Shown: positions 29,122-38,984, numbered from the stretch's first letter. The stretch is 53,998 nucleotides of DNA from Rhodospirillales bacterium (GCA_028288785.1 JAQGHV010000138.1:1-53998), one strand, 5' to 3'. Program-made: numbers and translations. Notes: generated by a model from the sequence alone, not told the origin.

Positions 29122-29829
29122 ATGAAGCTGTTCCTGGAGGACGCCTACGCACGGCAGGCCGAGGCGACGGTTCTTGCCGTTACCGAGGCTGGCATCCTGC
29201 TGGACCGAACCATCTTCTACGCCAACTCAGGCGGCCAGCCCGGCGATATGGGGCAGCTCGGCGACACCCCCATCATCGACACGCGCAAGGGGCCGGACGA
29301 CACCATCCTGCACATCGCCGCCCCCGGTGCGGCGCTGCCCGCGCCCGGCGACAAGGTCACGCTCACGCTCGACTGGGACCGCCGCTTCAAGCACATGCGG
29401 ATGCACACCACGCTGCACCTCCTCTGCGCTCTGCTGCCGGGCATCTACGCGACCGGCAACCAAATCGGCCCCGACAAGTCCCGCCTCGATTTCGACCTGC
29501 CCGACCCGCCCGCGAAGGAGGCGCTGACCGAACGCCTGAACGCGCTCATCGCCGGGGCCCACCCGACTGGCACCAGCTGGATCAGCGGCGAGGAGCTCGA
29601 TGCTAATCCCTCCCTCGTGCGCACGCTTTCGGTGCAACCACCGCGCGGCGTCGGGCGCATACGGCTGGTGCGGATCGGCCCCGAGGAGGCACCGGTCGAC
29701 CTGCAACCCTGCGGCGGCACCCATGTCGCCGATACCGCGGAGATCGGCCGCGTCGAGATCAGCAAGATCGAAAATAAGGGCAAGCAGAACCGCCGCCTGC
29801 ACATCATTCTTACGGGAGAGAAGCCATGA
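29122..29829 (+). CDS. alaX: AlaX-type trans-editing protein
   Basis: TIFYANSGGQPGD, HTTLH, CGGTH. Confidence 0.92.
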   Translation: MKLFLEDAYARQAEATVLAVTEAGILLDRTIFYANSGGQPGDMGQLGDTPIIDTRKGPDDTILHIAAPGAALPAPGDKVTLTLDWDRRFKHMRMHTTLHLLCALLPGIYATGNQIGPDKSRLDFDLPDPPAKEALTERLNALIAGAHPTGTSWISGEELDANPSLVRTLSVQPPRGVGRIRLVRIGPEEAPVDLQPCGGTHVADTAEIGRVEISKIENKGKQNRRLHIILTGEKP

Positions 29830-30665
29830 AGAATTTGGTCACCCCGGCTTGGCTTGCGAGCCATCTCGGCGCCGCTGGCCTTGTCATCTTCGACGCCACC
29901 AAATACCTGCCGACCGAGCCGTATGACGGGCTCACCAAATTTCGCGAGGCGCATATCGCGGGTGCGCGCTTCTTCGACCTCGACCTCTACGCCGACCAGG
30001 ACACCGATCTGCCGCACATGGTGCCGACGCCCGGGCGCTTCGCGAAGCTGATCGGCGCCGAGGGTGTGGAGAACACCACGCGCGTCGTGTTCTACGACCA
30101 GAAGGGCATCCACTCCGCGCCGCGCGGCTGGTGGCTGATGCGCTTGATGGGCCACGAGAAGGTCGCCGTGCTGGATGGCGGCCTGCCGGCCTGGCTGAAG
30201 GCGGAGCTGCCGATCGCCATCGGTGATCCACGCGCCGTCGCGCCCACCACGTTCACGCCGGATTTTCGCGCCGAGCGGCTGAAGGGCATCGGCGACATCA
30301 AGCGCATCATCGAGGAGAAGGACGCGCTGATCATCGACGCCCGCGCCGCCGGACGCTTTGCCGGCACCGCGGCCGAGCCGCGGCCGGGACTGCCCTCCGG
30401 CCATATGCCGGGCGCGTCCTCCCTGCCCTTCCTCGACCTGATCGCCAGCGACGGCACGCTGAAGCCGCGCGATGCCCTGCGTGCCCGCTTCGCCGAGGCC
30501 GGTGTCGATGGCACGCGGCCGGTCGTCACCTCCTGCGGCACCGGCGTCACCGCCTGCGTGCTCGCACTCGGCATGGCGCAGGCGGGGCTGCCTGAACCCG
30601 CGATCTATGACGGCTCCTGGACCGAATGGGCGCTCCGCCCCGAAACTGCGAAAGCGATCTCCTGA
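29826..30665 (+). CDS. sseA: 3-mercaptopyruvate sulfurtransferase (tandem rhodanese)
   Basis: LDGG, DAR, SGHMPG, CGTGVTA, YDGSWTEW. Confidence 0.9.
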   Translation: MKNLVTPAWLASHLGAAGLVIFDATKYLPTEPYDGLTKFREAHIAGARFFDLDLYADQDTDLPHMVPTPGRFAKLIGAEGVENTTRVVFYDQKGIHSAPRGWWLMRLMGHEKVAVLDGGLPAWLKAELPIAIGDPRAVAPTTFTPDFRAERLKGIGDIKRIIEEKDALIIDARAAGRFAGTAAEPRPGLPSGHMPGASSLPFLDLIASDGTLKPRDALRARFAEAGVDGTRPVVTSCGTGVTACVLALGMAQAGLPEPAIYDGSWTEWALRPETAKAIS

Positions 30666-31849
30666 TGTCCGACAAGACCCACGGCTTCGGCACCCGCATG
30701 TCTCATGCCGGGCGCGCCGGCACCCGCGCGCATGGCTTCGTGAACCCGGGGGTCCACCGCGGATCGACCGTGCTGCATCCTTCGTGCGAGGCGCGCAAGG
30801 AAGCCGGCAAGCACCGGCTCGAGCAGGTGATGACCTACGGCACCCAGGGCGGGCCGACGCACTACATGCTGGAGGACATGATCGCCGAGATCGAGGGTGG
30901 CACCCGCGCCACCATCCTCGGCACCGGTCTCGCCGCCGTCGCGGTGCCGCTGCTGGCCTTCCTCGGCGCCGGCGAGCATTGCCTGATCCCCGACAGCGCC
31001 TATGGCCCCGCGCGCAACTTGGCCGAGGGCATGCTGAAGCGCTTCGGCGTCGAGACAACCTTTTACGACCCCACCGTTACCGGCGAGGCGATCGCCGCGC
31101 TGTTCCAGCCGAACACGCGCGTGCTCTACACGGAGAGCCCCGGCAGCCACACCTTCGAGGTGCAGGACATCCCCGCACTCGCCGCCGTGGCGCATGCCCG
31201 CGGTGCCAAGGTGCTGATGGACAACACCTGGGGCATCCACCACTTCCAGCCGTTCAAGCACGGCGTTGATGTCTCGATCCAGGCGCTGACCAAGTATGTC
31301 GGCGGGCATTCGGACATCCTGCTCGGCAGTGCCACGGTCAACAGCGATGCGGATTGGGAAGTGCTGCGCGGCACCGCATCCCAGCTCGGGCAATACGCTT
31401 CGCCGGATGATTGCTGGCTGGCGCTCCGCGGGCTGCGCACGATGAACCTGCGGCTGCGGCACCAGGAAGCCGCGGGCCTCGAAGTCGCGCGCTGGCTCGA
31501 AGGCCGGCCGGAGGTATTGCGGGTGGTGCATCCCGGGCTACCCTCGCATCCGCAGCACGAGCTGTTCCGGCGCGATTTCACGGGGTCCTGCTCGCTGTTT
31601 GGCGTGGTGTTCAAGCCGCGCTTCACCCATGCGCAGGTTTGCGCCTGGATCGACGGGCTCGCGTTGTTCGGGATCGGGGCTTCGTGGGGCGGGTTCGAGA
31701 GCCTTGCGCTGCCGACCTCGGGCAACATCACCCGCACGGCCACCAAGCCGGAATTCGGCGGCGAGATGGCGCGCATCCATATCGGGCTGGAGGATACCAG
31801 CGACCTGATCGCGGATCTGGAAGCTGGGCTGAACCGGATGGCGGGGTGA
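30665..31849 (+). CDS. metC: Cystathionine beta-lyase
   Basis: ESPGS, DNTW, TKYVGGHSD, GASWGGFESL, IGLED. Confidence 0.93.
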   Translation: MSDKTHGFGTRMSHAGRAGTRAHGFVNPGVHRGSTVLHPSCEARKEAGKHRLEQVMTYGTQGGPTHYMLEDMIAEIEGGTRATILGTGLAAVAVPLLAFLGAGEHCLIPDSAYGPARNLAEGMLKRFGVETTFYDPTVTGEAIAALFQPNTRVLYTESPGSHTFEVQDIPALAAVAHARGAKVLMDNTWGIHHFQPFKHGVDVSIQALTKYVGGHSDILLGSATVNSDADWEVLRGTASQLGQYASPDDCWLALRGLRTMNLRLRHQEAAGLEVARWLEGRPEVLRVVHPGLPSHPQHELFRRDFTGSCSLFGVVFKPRFTHAQVCAWIDGLALFGIGASWGGFESLALPTSGNITRTATKPEFGGEMARIHIGLEDTSDLIADLEAGLNRMAG

Positions 31850-31871
31850 GAGTCGGCGGCGCGGCCCCTGA

Positions 31872-32327
31872 TCAGGCCGCGCACGCGCTGCAGATACCCT
31901 CTACCTCGACCGTCGTGCGGAACGGGGTGAAGCCCTCGGCCCGCGCCGCCGCCTCGATGGCGGCACTCACGTTCGGGGCGCAGATTTCGGCGGTCGCGCC
32001 GCATTTGGTGCAGATCAGGAACTGATGCGGATGCTCATGGCCGTGGTCGTGGCCATGGCCCGCCTCCACGCAGGGCGTGAAGGCGTTCAACCGCTCGAGT
32101 TTGTGCACAAGGCCTTGCTCGATCAGGAAATCCAACGCGCGATAGACGGTCGGCGGCGCCGCACCGGCGCGTAGGCCACGCAAGCGGTCGAGCAGCGCAT
32201 ATGCCCCGACCGGCGCATCCGACTCAAGGATCAGCGAGAACACCTGGCGGCGCAGTGGCGTGAGCTGCACGCCCCGTTCCCCGCAAATCGCCTCCGCCCG
32301 ATTGAGGGAAGCTGAAACTTCGGCCAT
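31872..32327 (-). CDS. zur: Fur family zinc regulator Zur
   Basis: LTPLR, PPTVYRALDFL, His-rich loop, two CxxC; start may be the GTG at 32354. Confidence 0.88.
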   Translation of the reverse strand: MAEVSASLNRAEAICGERGVQLTPLRRQVFSLILESDAPVGAYALLDRLRGLRAGAAPPTVYRALDFLIEQGLVHKLERLNAFTPCVEAGHGHDHGHEHPHQFLICTKCGATAEICAPNVSAAIEAAARAEGFTPFRTTVEVEGICSACAA

Positions 32328-32372
32328 CGCCGCACTCTCCAAACCATCCGACACGCGTTATATCGTGTGCCC

Positions 32373-32780
32373 ATGCCGAACCTGCCATCCGAAAACGCCA
32401 TCTCCGCCTTCCTGGCCGCCTGCCGCTTCAACGAGGCCGGGCTGATCCCCGCCATCGCGCAGCAGCACGACACCGGCGAGGTGCTCATGCTCGCCTGGAT
32501 GAACGCCGATGCGGTGCGCGAAACGCTTGCCACCGGGCGCGTCTGCTACTTCTCCCGCAGCCGGGCCAAGCTGTGGCGCAAGGGCGAGACCTCCGGCCAG
32601 ATGCAGGCGCTGGTGGACCTCCGCCTCGACTGCGACGGCGATACCATCCTGGCCCTCGTGGAGCAGAACGGCGTTGCCTGCCACACTGGGCGGCACAATT
32701 GCTTCTTCCAGGCCATCCGCGACGACGCGCTGGTGCCAATTGCGGCGCCGCTCATCGACCCAGAAAAGCTCTACGCATGA
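32373..32780 (+). CDS. hisI: Phosphoribosyl-AMP cyclohydrolase
   Basis: SRSR..LWRKGETSG, DCDGD, ACHTG..CF. Confidence 0.95.
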   Translation: MPNLPSENAISAFLAACRFNEAGLIPAIAQQHDTGEVLMLAWMNADAVRETLATGRVCYFSRSRAKLWRKGETSGQMQALVDLRLDCDGDTILALVEQNGVACHTGRHNCFFQAIRDDALVPIAAPLIDPEKLYA

Positions 32781-33766
32781 GTACGCCGGTCACGCTGATC
32801 ACCGGCTTCCTCGGGGCCGGCAAGACCACGCTGCTCAACCGCCTGCTGAAGCACCCGGACCTTGCCGAGACGGCCGTCCTCATCAACGAGTTCGGCGATG
32901 TCGGCCTCGACCACCTGCTGGTCGAGACGCTCGACGACACCACCATGCTGCTCGCCGCCGGCTGCCTCTGCTGCACCATCCGCGGCGATCTGCAGAAGGC
33001 GCTGATGGACCTGGCCATGCGCATCGAAGCCGGGCAGCCGATCCGCCGCGTGATGATCGAGACCACCGGCCTCGCCGACCCCGCGCCCATCCTGCACACG
33101 CTGATGAGCGACCCCATCCTGCTGCGCCGCTTCCGCCTCGATGGCGTCGTCACGCTGGTCGATGCGACCAACGCGATGGCGACGCTCGACAACCATCCGG
33201 AGGCACTGAAGCAGGTCGCCGTCGCGGATAGGCTGATCCTCGCCAAGACCGACCTTGCGCCCAATACGGATGCCCTCCGCGCCCGCCTCGCGCAGATCAA
33301 CCCACACGCGCCGATCCTGGGCGCCGAAGCTCCGCCGGCCGCGCTGCTGGGGATCGGCCCTTTCCAGCTCGACGCCAAGCTGCCGGACGTGGCGCATTGG
33401 CTCGGCAAGGAAGCCGGGCACCACCACGCGCATCACCAGCACGACCGCAATCGGCACGACGCCCACATCCACAGCTTTTCGCTGCGCTACGAGACGCCGC
33501 TGACCCTCGATGCCGTCGCAAGCTTCCTCGAAATGCTCGTGACCACGCGCGGCGACGCGCTGCTGCGGGTGAAGGCCATCCTCAACATCCAGGGCGAGGA
33601 CCGCCCGACGGTGCTGCACGGAGTGCAACACATCTTCCACCCGCCCATCCGCCTCGCGGCCTGGCCGGAGGGCGATGACCGCAGCTCGCGCTTCGTGTTC
33701 ATTGTGAAGGATTTGACGCGGGAGACCGTGCAGCGCGGGCTCGCTGCGTTCATCAAGGCGGCATGA
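32777..33766 (+). CDS. COG0523/CobW-family GTPase metallochaperone
   Basis: GFLGAGKT, NEFG, GCLCC, ETTGLADP, His-rich linker, LRVK. Confidence 0.93.
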   Translation: MSTPVTLITGFLGAGKTTLLNRLLKHPDLAETAVLINEFGDVGLDHLLVETLDDTTMLLAAGCLCCTIRGDLQKALMDLAMRIEAGQPIRRVMIETTGLADPAPILHTLMSDPILLRRFRLDGVVTLVDATNAMATLDNHPEALKQVAVADRLILAKTDLAPNTDALRARLAQINPHAPILGAEAPPAALLGIGPFQLDAKLPDVAHWLGKEAGHHHAHHQHDRNRHDAHIHSFSLRYETPLTLDAVASFLEMLVTTRGDALLRVKAILNIQGEDRPTVLHGVQHIFHPPIRLAAWPEGDDRSSRFVFIVKDLTRETVQRGLAAFIKAA

Positions 33767-33872
33767 GCGGGCAGAAGGCGGGGGCGCTGCCCCCGGCCCC
33801 CGCCGGGGATCGCGCCGATCCCCGGGCCCCTGCGAAATTTGGCACCGCGGGCCACAGGATCACGCCATGAGC
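33762..33872. repeat. Single-arm copy of family A palindrome with a 7-bp flanking direct repeat
   Basis: 33780-33833 is nearly identical to the reverse complement of 23944-23999; CATGAGC at 33762-33768 and 33866-33872. Confidence 0.85.
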
Positions 33873-35012
33873 CTGATCTACATCCTCGCCGGCGAGGCTT
33901 CCGGCGACGTCCTTGGCGGCCGCCTGCTTCCCGCGCTGCGAGCGCGCCGGCCGGACCTTGAATTCGCCGGCATTGGGGGCCCGCGGCTGGCCGAGCAGGG
34001 CCTTGTCTCCCTGTTCGACTACCGCGACCTGGCGCTGATGGGGCTGTTGGAAATCCTGCCCAACCTGGCCCGCCTCGCACGGCGCCTCGCCGAGACCACC
34101 GCGGATATCGCCGCGCGGAAGCCGGACCTGATCCTCACCATCGACAGCCCCGGCTTCGCTTTTCGCATCGCCAAGCGCGTCCGCCGGCTTGGCATTCCGC
34201 TCATCCACTACGTCGCGCCCCAGGTCTGGGCGTGGCGACCGGGACGCGTGAAGGAGCTGAAACCGCTACTCGGCGGCATCCTGGCCCTGCTGCCGTTCGA
34301 GGCACCGTTCTTCGAGAAGGCCGGGATCCCCGTCACCTTCGTGGGCCATCCGGTGCTGGAATCCGGTGCCGGCCAGGGCGATGCCGTGCGCTTCGCCGAG
34401 CGCTTCGGGCTCGCGTCGACGGACATCCCCTTGCTGGTCATGCCCGGCAGCCGGCGCGGCGAGGTCCAGCGCCTCCTGCCAATCTTCGGCCCAGCGCTTG
34501 CGGCGCTTGCGAGGACGCATCCGGCGATCCGCCCGATCATCGCGGTCGCGCCGATCACCGCCACACAGGTGCGCGACGCCGCCGGGGGTTGGCCCAACGC
34601 GCCAATCCTCGTGGCGACGTTGGACGACAAGCACGACGCCTTCGCGGCGACGGCCGCGCGAGGAGGCGCCGGTCTGATCAAATCCGGCACCTCATCGCTG
34701 GAAATGGCGGTGGCCGGGGTGCCGCATGTGGTGGGCTACCGCCTGAACCCGGTGACCGCGGCAATCGTCCGCAGGCTCGTGAAGGTGCCCTATGCGAGTC
34801 TGGTCAACCTGCTCGCGGAGGCGCCGGTAGCCCCCGAGTTCCTCCAGGAATCCTGCACGCCGGCGAACCTGGCGGGCGCGCTATCGGCCATCCTGGCGAA
34901 CCCGGGCGCCCAAAAGCCAGGCTTCGCCACGGCATTGGCGCGGCTGCGCGCTCCCGAGGGATTGCCCAGCGAGGCCGCCGCCAGCGCCGTGCTTCGCGCG
35001 CTGGAGGCCTGA
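33867..35012 (+). CDS. lpxB: Lipid-A-disaccharide synthase
   Basis: AGEASGD, IDSPGF, YVAPQVWAWR, LPFE, FVGHP, PGSR, KSGT. Confidence 0.96.
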   Translation: MSLIYILAGEASGDVLGGRLLPALRARRPDLEFAGIGGPRLAEQGLVSLFDYRDLALMGLLEILPNLARLARRLAETTADIAARKPDLILTIDSPGFAFRIAKRVRRLGIPLIHYVAPQVWAWRPGRVKELKPLLGGILALLPFEAPFFEKAGIPVTFVGHPVLESGAGQGDAVRFAERFGLASTDIPLLVMPGSRRGEVQRLLPIFGPALAALARTHPAIRPIIAVAPITATQVRDAAGGWPNAPILVATLDDKHDAFAATAARGGAGLIKSGTSSLEMAVAGVPHVVGYRLNPVTAAIVRRLVKVPYASLVNLLAEAPVAPEFLQESCTPANLAGALSAILANPGAQKPGFATALARLRAPEGLPSEAAASAVLRALEA

Positions 35013-35099
35013 CATCGTCCAGGGGACGAACGCCGCCGGCAGGGACCGGGACCTCGGCATCTGATACTGCGGCTCCCGCGGCCTTGACGATCATTGTCT

Positions 35100-35260
35100 A
35101 CGGCCATGAAGAATGACTGCTGACTTTTGCTTTTTGTGCCCTCAGGCGTTGTGCCGGAGGCACGTCTCCGACGTGACGCCCCGCCTCCGGCGGCTTGGCC
35201 CGCCGGACGACTGGCGGCGGCCGTCCCGCCTTGCGGCGCGCATGAGGCGCCGAGGAGTTC
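35100..35260 (+). repeat. Intergenic repeat family B copy
   Basis: ACGGCCATGAAGAATGAC..TTTTTGTGCCCTCAGGCG..GGCCCGCCGGACGACTGGCGGCG. Confidence 0.75.
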
Positions 35261-35290
35261 CATCCTGCGACCGGGCGCATCGCCCCCGCT

Positions 35291-36226
35291 TCACCCGCGC
35301 GCCACCGCCTCTTCCACCGCCAGCGCCACCCTGAGCGCTGCAAGCCCCGCCTCGCCCGGCACGACGCAAGGCGCCTCACCCCGCACCGCGGCCAGGAATC
35401 CAGCCTGCTCGGCTTCGAGGCTGTCATGGTCCACCCAGGCGCCGCGATCGACGCCGTATCCGGGCATGGTAGCCACCGGCTCCGCGCCGCCGCGCCGTAG
35501 CACGCCATAGGTGCGGGCCAGGAAATCGACCGCCAACTCTCCCTCGGTCCCAAGCACGCGCAGCCGGCGTTCCATCGAGAGGCTCACCCGGCTCGCCGTG
35601 ATCACGGCGCGCCGGCCACCGGGGAAATCGAGCGTGGCAACGCAAAAGTCCGGCCTCTCCGAGGCAATGGCGGCGCCAACCGCGGACACACCCGATGGCG
35701 CCTCACCTGCCAAAGCCATCACCAGGTCGATGTCGTGAATCATCAGGTCCAACACCACCGACACATCGAGGCTGCGCGGCCGGAAGGGTGCGGCTCGCAC
35801 CGCCTCGAAGCTGAGCGCACGCCCGCCCGCCGGCGCCGCCATGACAGCCGCGAACGCCGCCGAGAAGCGCTCGATATGGCCAACCTGCAGCACCACCCCC
35901 TGTTCGGCGGCAAGTTCGATCATCTCCTCCGCCTCCGCGACGGTGGCAGCGATCGGCTTCTCGACGAACACATGCTTGCCCGCCGCGAGCGCCGCCTGGG
36001 CCAGCGCAAAATGCCCGCGCGTCGGCACGGCGATGACCACCGCATCCGCCGCCGCGATCAGCGCCTTGGCCGAGCCCACCGGCACCCCCAGCTCGCCGGC
36101 CACGAATGCGGCGCGATCGGCATCCAGATCGTGCACGCCCACCAGCGTGGCGTCCGGGTTCGCCGCCCACTTCACCGCATGGAACCGTCCGAAATGCCCA
36201 ACGCCCAGCACCGCCACTCGCAGCAT
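35291..36226 (-). CDS. Gfo/Idh/MocA oxidoreductase (possible GnnA)
   Basis: GVGHFG, VEKP, VGHIERF, DLMIHD. Confidence 0.88.
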   Translation of the reverse strand: MLRVAVLGVGHFGRFHAVKWAANPDATLVGVHDLDADRAAFVAGELGVPVGSAKALIAAADAVVIAVPTRGHFALAQAALAAGKHVFVEKPIAATVAEAEEMIELAAEQGVVLQVGHIERFSAAFAAVMAAPAGGRALSFEAVRAAPFRPRSLDVSVVLDLMIHDIDLVMALAGEAPSGVSAVGAAIASERPDFCVATLDFPGGRRAVITASRVSLSMERRLRVLGTEGELAVDFLARTYGVLRRGGAEPVATMPGYGVDRGAWVDHDSLEAEQAGFLAAVRGEAPCVVPGEAGLAALRVALAVEEAVARG

Positions 36227-36401
36227 CGACTTGCCCCCGCTATCGATCGCGCCATACCATCGCAGGCGCTTCGGGGGAATGATGCCCCCTGAAGTCGTCC
36301 GTGCTTTGAAGGTGCCTACGCGCCAACCCTGACACGCGCTCTTGCGCCGCGCCGCCCCCGTCGTCATTCTCTGCCCCTTTTGCAGGGGCCACCTTCACCC
36401 A

Positions 36402-38984
36402 ATGCTACACTTCGCCCGTTGGAAGACTTTCTCTATTCTCGGCGTCCTCGTCGCGGGCGTATTGCTGTGCGTTCCCAACCTGTTGCCACGCTCGAGCTTC
36501 CCGAGCTGGGTTCCTGCGCGCCAGATCAGCCTGGGACTCGACCTTCGCGGTGGCTCGTACCTGCTGATGGAAGTCGACCTCAACGCCGTCGTTCGGGAAC
36601 GCCTTGAGGGCATGGTCGATGCAGCGCGCACGCGGCTGCGCACCGCCAATATCCGCTACCAGAACCTCGCCGCCGATGCCGCCGGGCGCCGCATCAGCCT
36701 GCGCGTGACCGACCCTGGCCAGGCCGAGGCCGCCGCCACCGCACTGCGTGAACTGTCTAACCCCATCCAGTCGCGCACTGGCCAGCCGATCCCGGATCTC
36801 GAGGTCACGACCACGCCCGAGGGCGTCGTCACCGTCGCTCTCACCGAGGCAGGGCTGCGCGCGAAGTCGAACGCCGCCGTCGAGCAGTCGGTCGAGATCA
36901 TCCGCCGCCGCGTTGATGAAACCGGCGTCGCCGATGCGCTGGTCGCGCGCCAGGGTGCCAACCGGGTGCTGGTCCAGCTCCCCGGCATCGAAGACCCGAA
37001 CCGTATCAAGGACCTCATCGGACGCACGGCGCGGATGACCTTCCATCTGCTCGACGAGAACACCACGCCCGGCCAGGGCGCCGCCCCGCCGGGCGTGCAG
37101 TTCCTCAACGGCGAGCGGCCCGGCGAGCGCTATGCGGTCCGCCGCCGCGTGGAGGTGGACGGCGCGAACCTCACCGACGCCCGCGCTGGCCAGGACAACC
37201 GCACCAATGAATGGGTGGTGAACTTCACCTTCGACAGCCTGGGCACGCGGCGCTTCGGCGCCATCACGCGCGAGAATGTCGGCCGTCCCTTCGCGATCGT
37301 GCTCGATGAGAAGGTGATCAGCGCGCCGGTCATCCGGGAGCCGATTACCGGTGGCCGCGGCCAGATCAGCGGCAGCTTCTCCGCGCGTTCCGCCAACGAC
37401 CTTGCCGTGCTCCTGCGCGCCGGTGCGCTCCCGGCACCCCTGACGGTGGTCGAGGAGCGCAGCGTCGGGCCGGAGCTTGGTGCCGATGCGATCCGCGCCG
37501 GCGTCCTCAGCCTTGCCGTCGGCACGCTGTTCGTCTTCCTGTACATGGGCCTCGCCTATGGGCTGCTCGGCTGGTTCGCGAATATCGCCCTCGCCTTCAA
37601 CATCATCCTGATGCTGGCAGCCCTTTCGATGCTTGAGGCAACGCTGACCCTGCCCGGCATCGCTGGCATCGTGCTCACGCTCGGCACCGCGCTCGACGCC
37701 AATATCCTCATCAACGAACGCATCCGCGAGGAGGTGAAGAACGGCCGTCCGCCGCACAGCGCGCTGGAGGCCGGCTTCAGCAAGGCCAGCGGCACGATCA
37801 TGGATTCGAACCTCACGAACCTGATCGCGATGATCTGCCTCTATGCCTTCGGCTCCGGCCCGGTGAAGGGCTTCGCCGTCACCGTGGCGATCGGCACCGT
37901 TGTGCAGATGTGGACGGCGACAACGCTGGTGCGCCTGTTTGTCGCCTGGTGGTATCGCGCGACGCGGCCCAAGGAGATCCCCGCCTTCGCCAAGCCGGGC
38001 GGTGGCCTGTACGAACGCCTGCGCCGCCCGCTATTCCGCATCATCCCCGATGTCACCAAGATCCGCTTCATGAACGGCGCCAAGGCCGGGCTGCTGCTGT
38101 CCGCGGTGCTGTCGACCGCCTCGGTCGTCCTGGCCTTCGCGCCGGGCCTCGACAAGGGCATCGACTTCAAGGGCGGCATCGTGATGGAGATCCGCACGCC
38201 AGGACCGGCCGACCTGCCGGCGCTGCGCACGACCGTGAGCGGGCTGAACCTGGGTGATGCCGGGCTGCAGGAATTCGGCGATGCATCCTCGGTGCTGCTG
38301 CGCCTCCCGGCGCAGGGCGAGGAATCGCAGACCCAGGTAGCGGTGAACCGCATCCGAACCGCGCTTGAGCAGGTGGCCCCGGGCACCCGCATCATGCGGG
38401 TTGAGGCGGTTGGCAACCGCGTCTCGGACGAGCTGTTCCAGGGCGGTCTGATCGCGCTCGGGCTCTCGCTGCTCGCGATGCTGCTCTACATCTGGTTCCG
38501 GTTCGAGTGGCAGTTCGGCATCGCCGCCATCATCACCCTGATCCTGGATACGACCAAGACCATCGGGTTCATGGTCGTGCTGGGGATCGAGTTCAATCTC
38601 ACCACCATCGCGGCGATCCTGACGATCATCGGCTTCTCGGCCAACGACAAGGTTGTGGTGTTCGACCGCATGCGCGAGAACCTGCGCAAGTTCAAGCAGA
38701 TGCCGCTGCGTGAGCTGACGGACCTTTCGATCAATGAGACGCTGAACCGCTCGCTTGGCACTTCGATTACGCTGCTGTTGGCGGCGGTCCCCCTGGCGCT
38801 ATTTGGCGGCGAAACGCTGTCGGGCTTTGCGCAGGTGATGGTGATCGGCATCATCATCTCGGCCTCCTCGTCCGTCTTCATCGCCGCGCCGATCGTGCTC
38901 TACACCGGCGAGAAGCGGCTCCGCCGCGGCGAGCCGGAGCAGAGCGTCAGCGTCGCCAAGCCGAAGCCCGCCCGCGCCGGATGA
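36402..38984 (+). CDS. secDF: Fused protein translocase subunit SecDF
   Basis: LGLDLRGG, AGALPA, DANILINERIREE, GIDFKGG, NDKVVVFDRMREN in one ORF. Confidence 0.96.
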   Translation: MLHFARWKTFSILGVLVAGVLLCVPNLLPRSSFPSWVPARQISLGLDLRGGSYLLMEVDLNAVVRERLEGMVDAARTRLRTANIRYQNLAADAAGRRISLRVTDPGQAEAAATALRELSNPIQSRTGQPIPDLEVTTTPEGVVTVALTEAGLRAKSNAAVEQSVEIIRRRVDETGVADALVARQGANRVLVQLPGIEDPNRIKDLIGRTARMTFHLLDENTTPGQGAAPPGVQFLNGERPGERYAVRRRVEVDGANLTDARAGQDNRTNEWVVNFTFDSLGTRRFGAITRENVGRPFAIVLDEKVISAPVIREPITGGRGQISGSFSARSANDLAVLLRAGALPAPLTVVEERSVGPELGADAIRAGVLSLAVGTLFVFLYMGLAYGLLGWFANIALAFNIILMLAALSMLEATLTLPGIAGIVLTLGTALDANILINERIREEVKNGRPPHSALEAGFSKASGTIMDSNLTNLIAMICLYAFGSGPVKGFAVTVAIGTVVQMWTATTLVRLFVAWWYRATRPKEIPAFAKPGGGLYERLRRPLFRIIPDVTKIRFMNGAKAGLLLSAVLSTASVVLAFAPGLDKGIDFKGGIVMEIRTPGPADLPALRTTVSGLNLGDAGLQEFGDASSVLLRLPAQGEESQTQVAVNRIRTALEQVAPGTRIMRVEAVGNRVSDELFQGGLIALGLSLLAMLLYIWFRFEWQFGIAAIITLILDTTKTIGFMVVLGIEFNLTTIAAILTIIGFSANDKVVVFDRMRENLRKFKQMPLRELTDLSINETLNRSLGTSITLLLAAVPLALFGGETLSGFAQVMVIGIIISASSSVFIAAPIVLYTGEKRLRRGEPEQSVSVAKPKPARAG

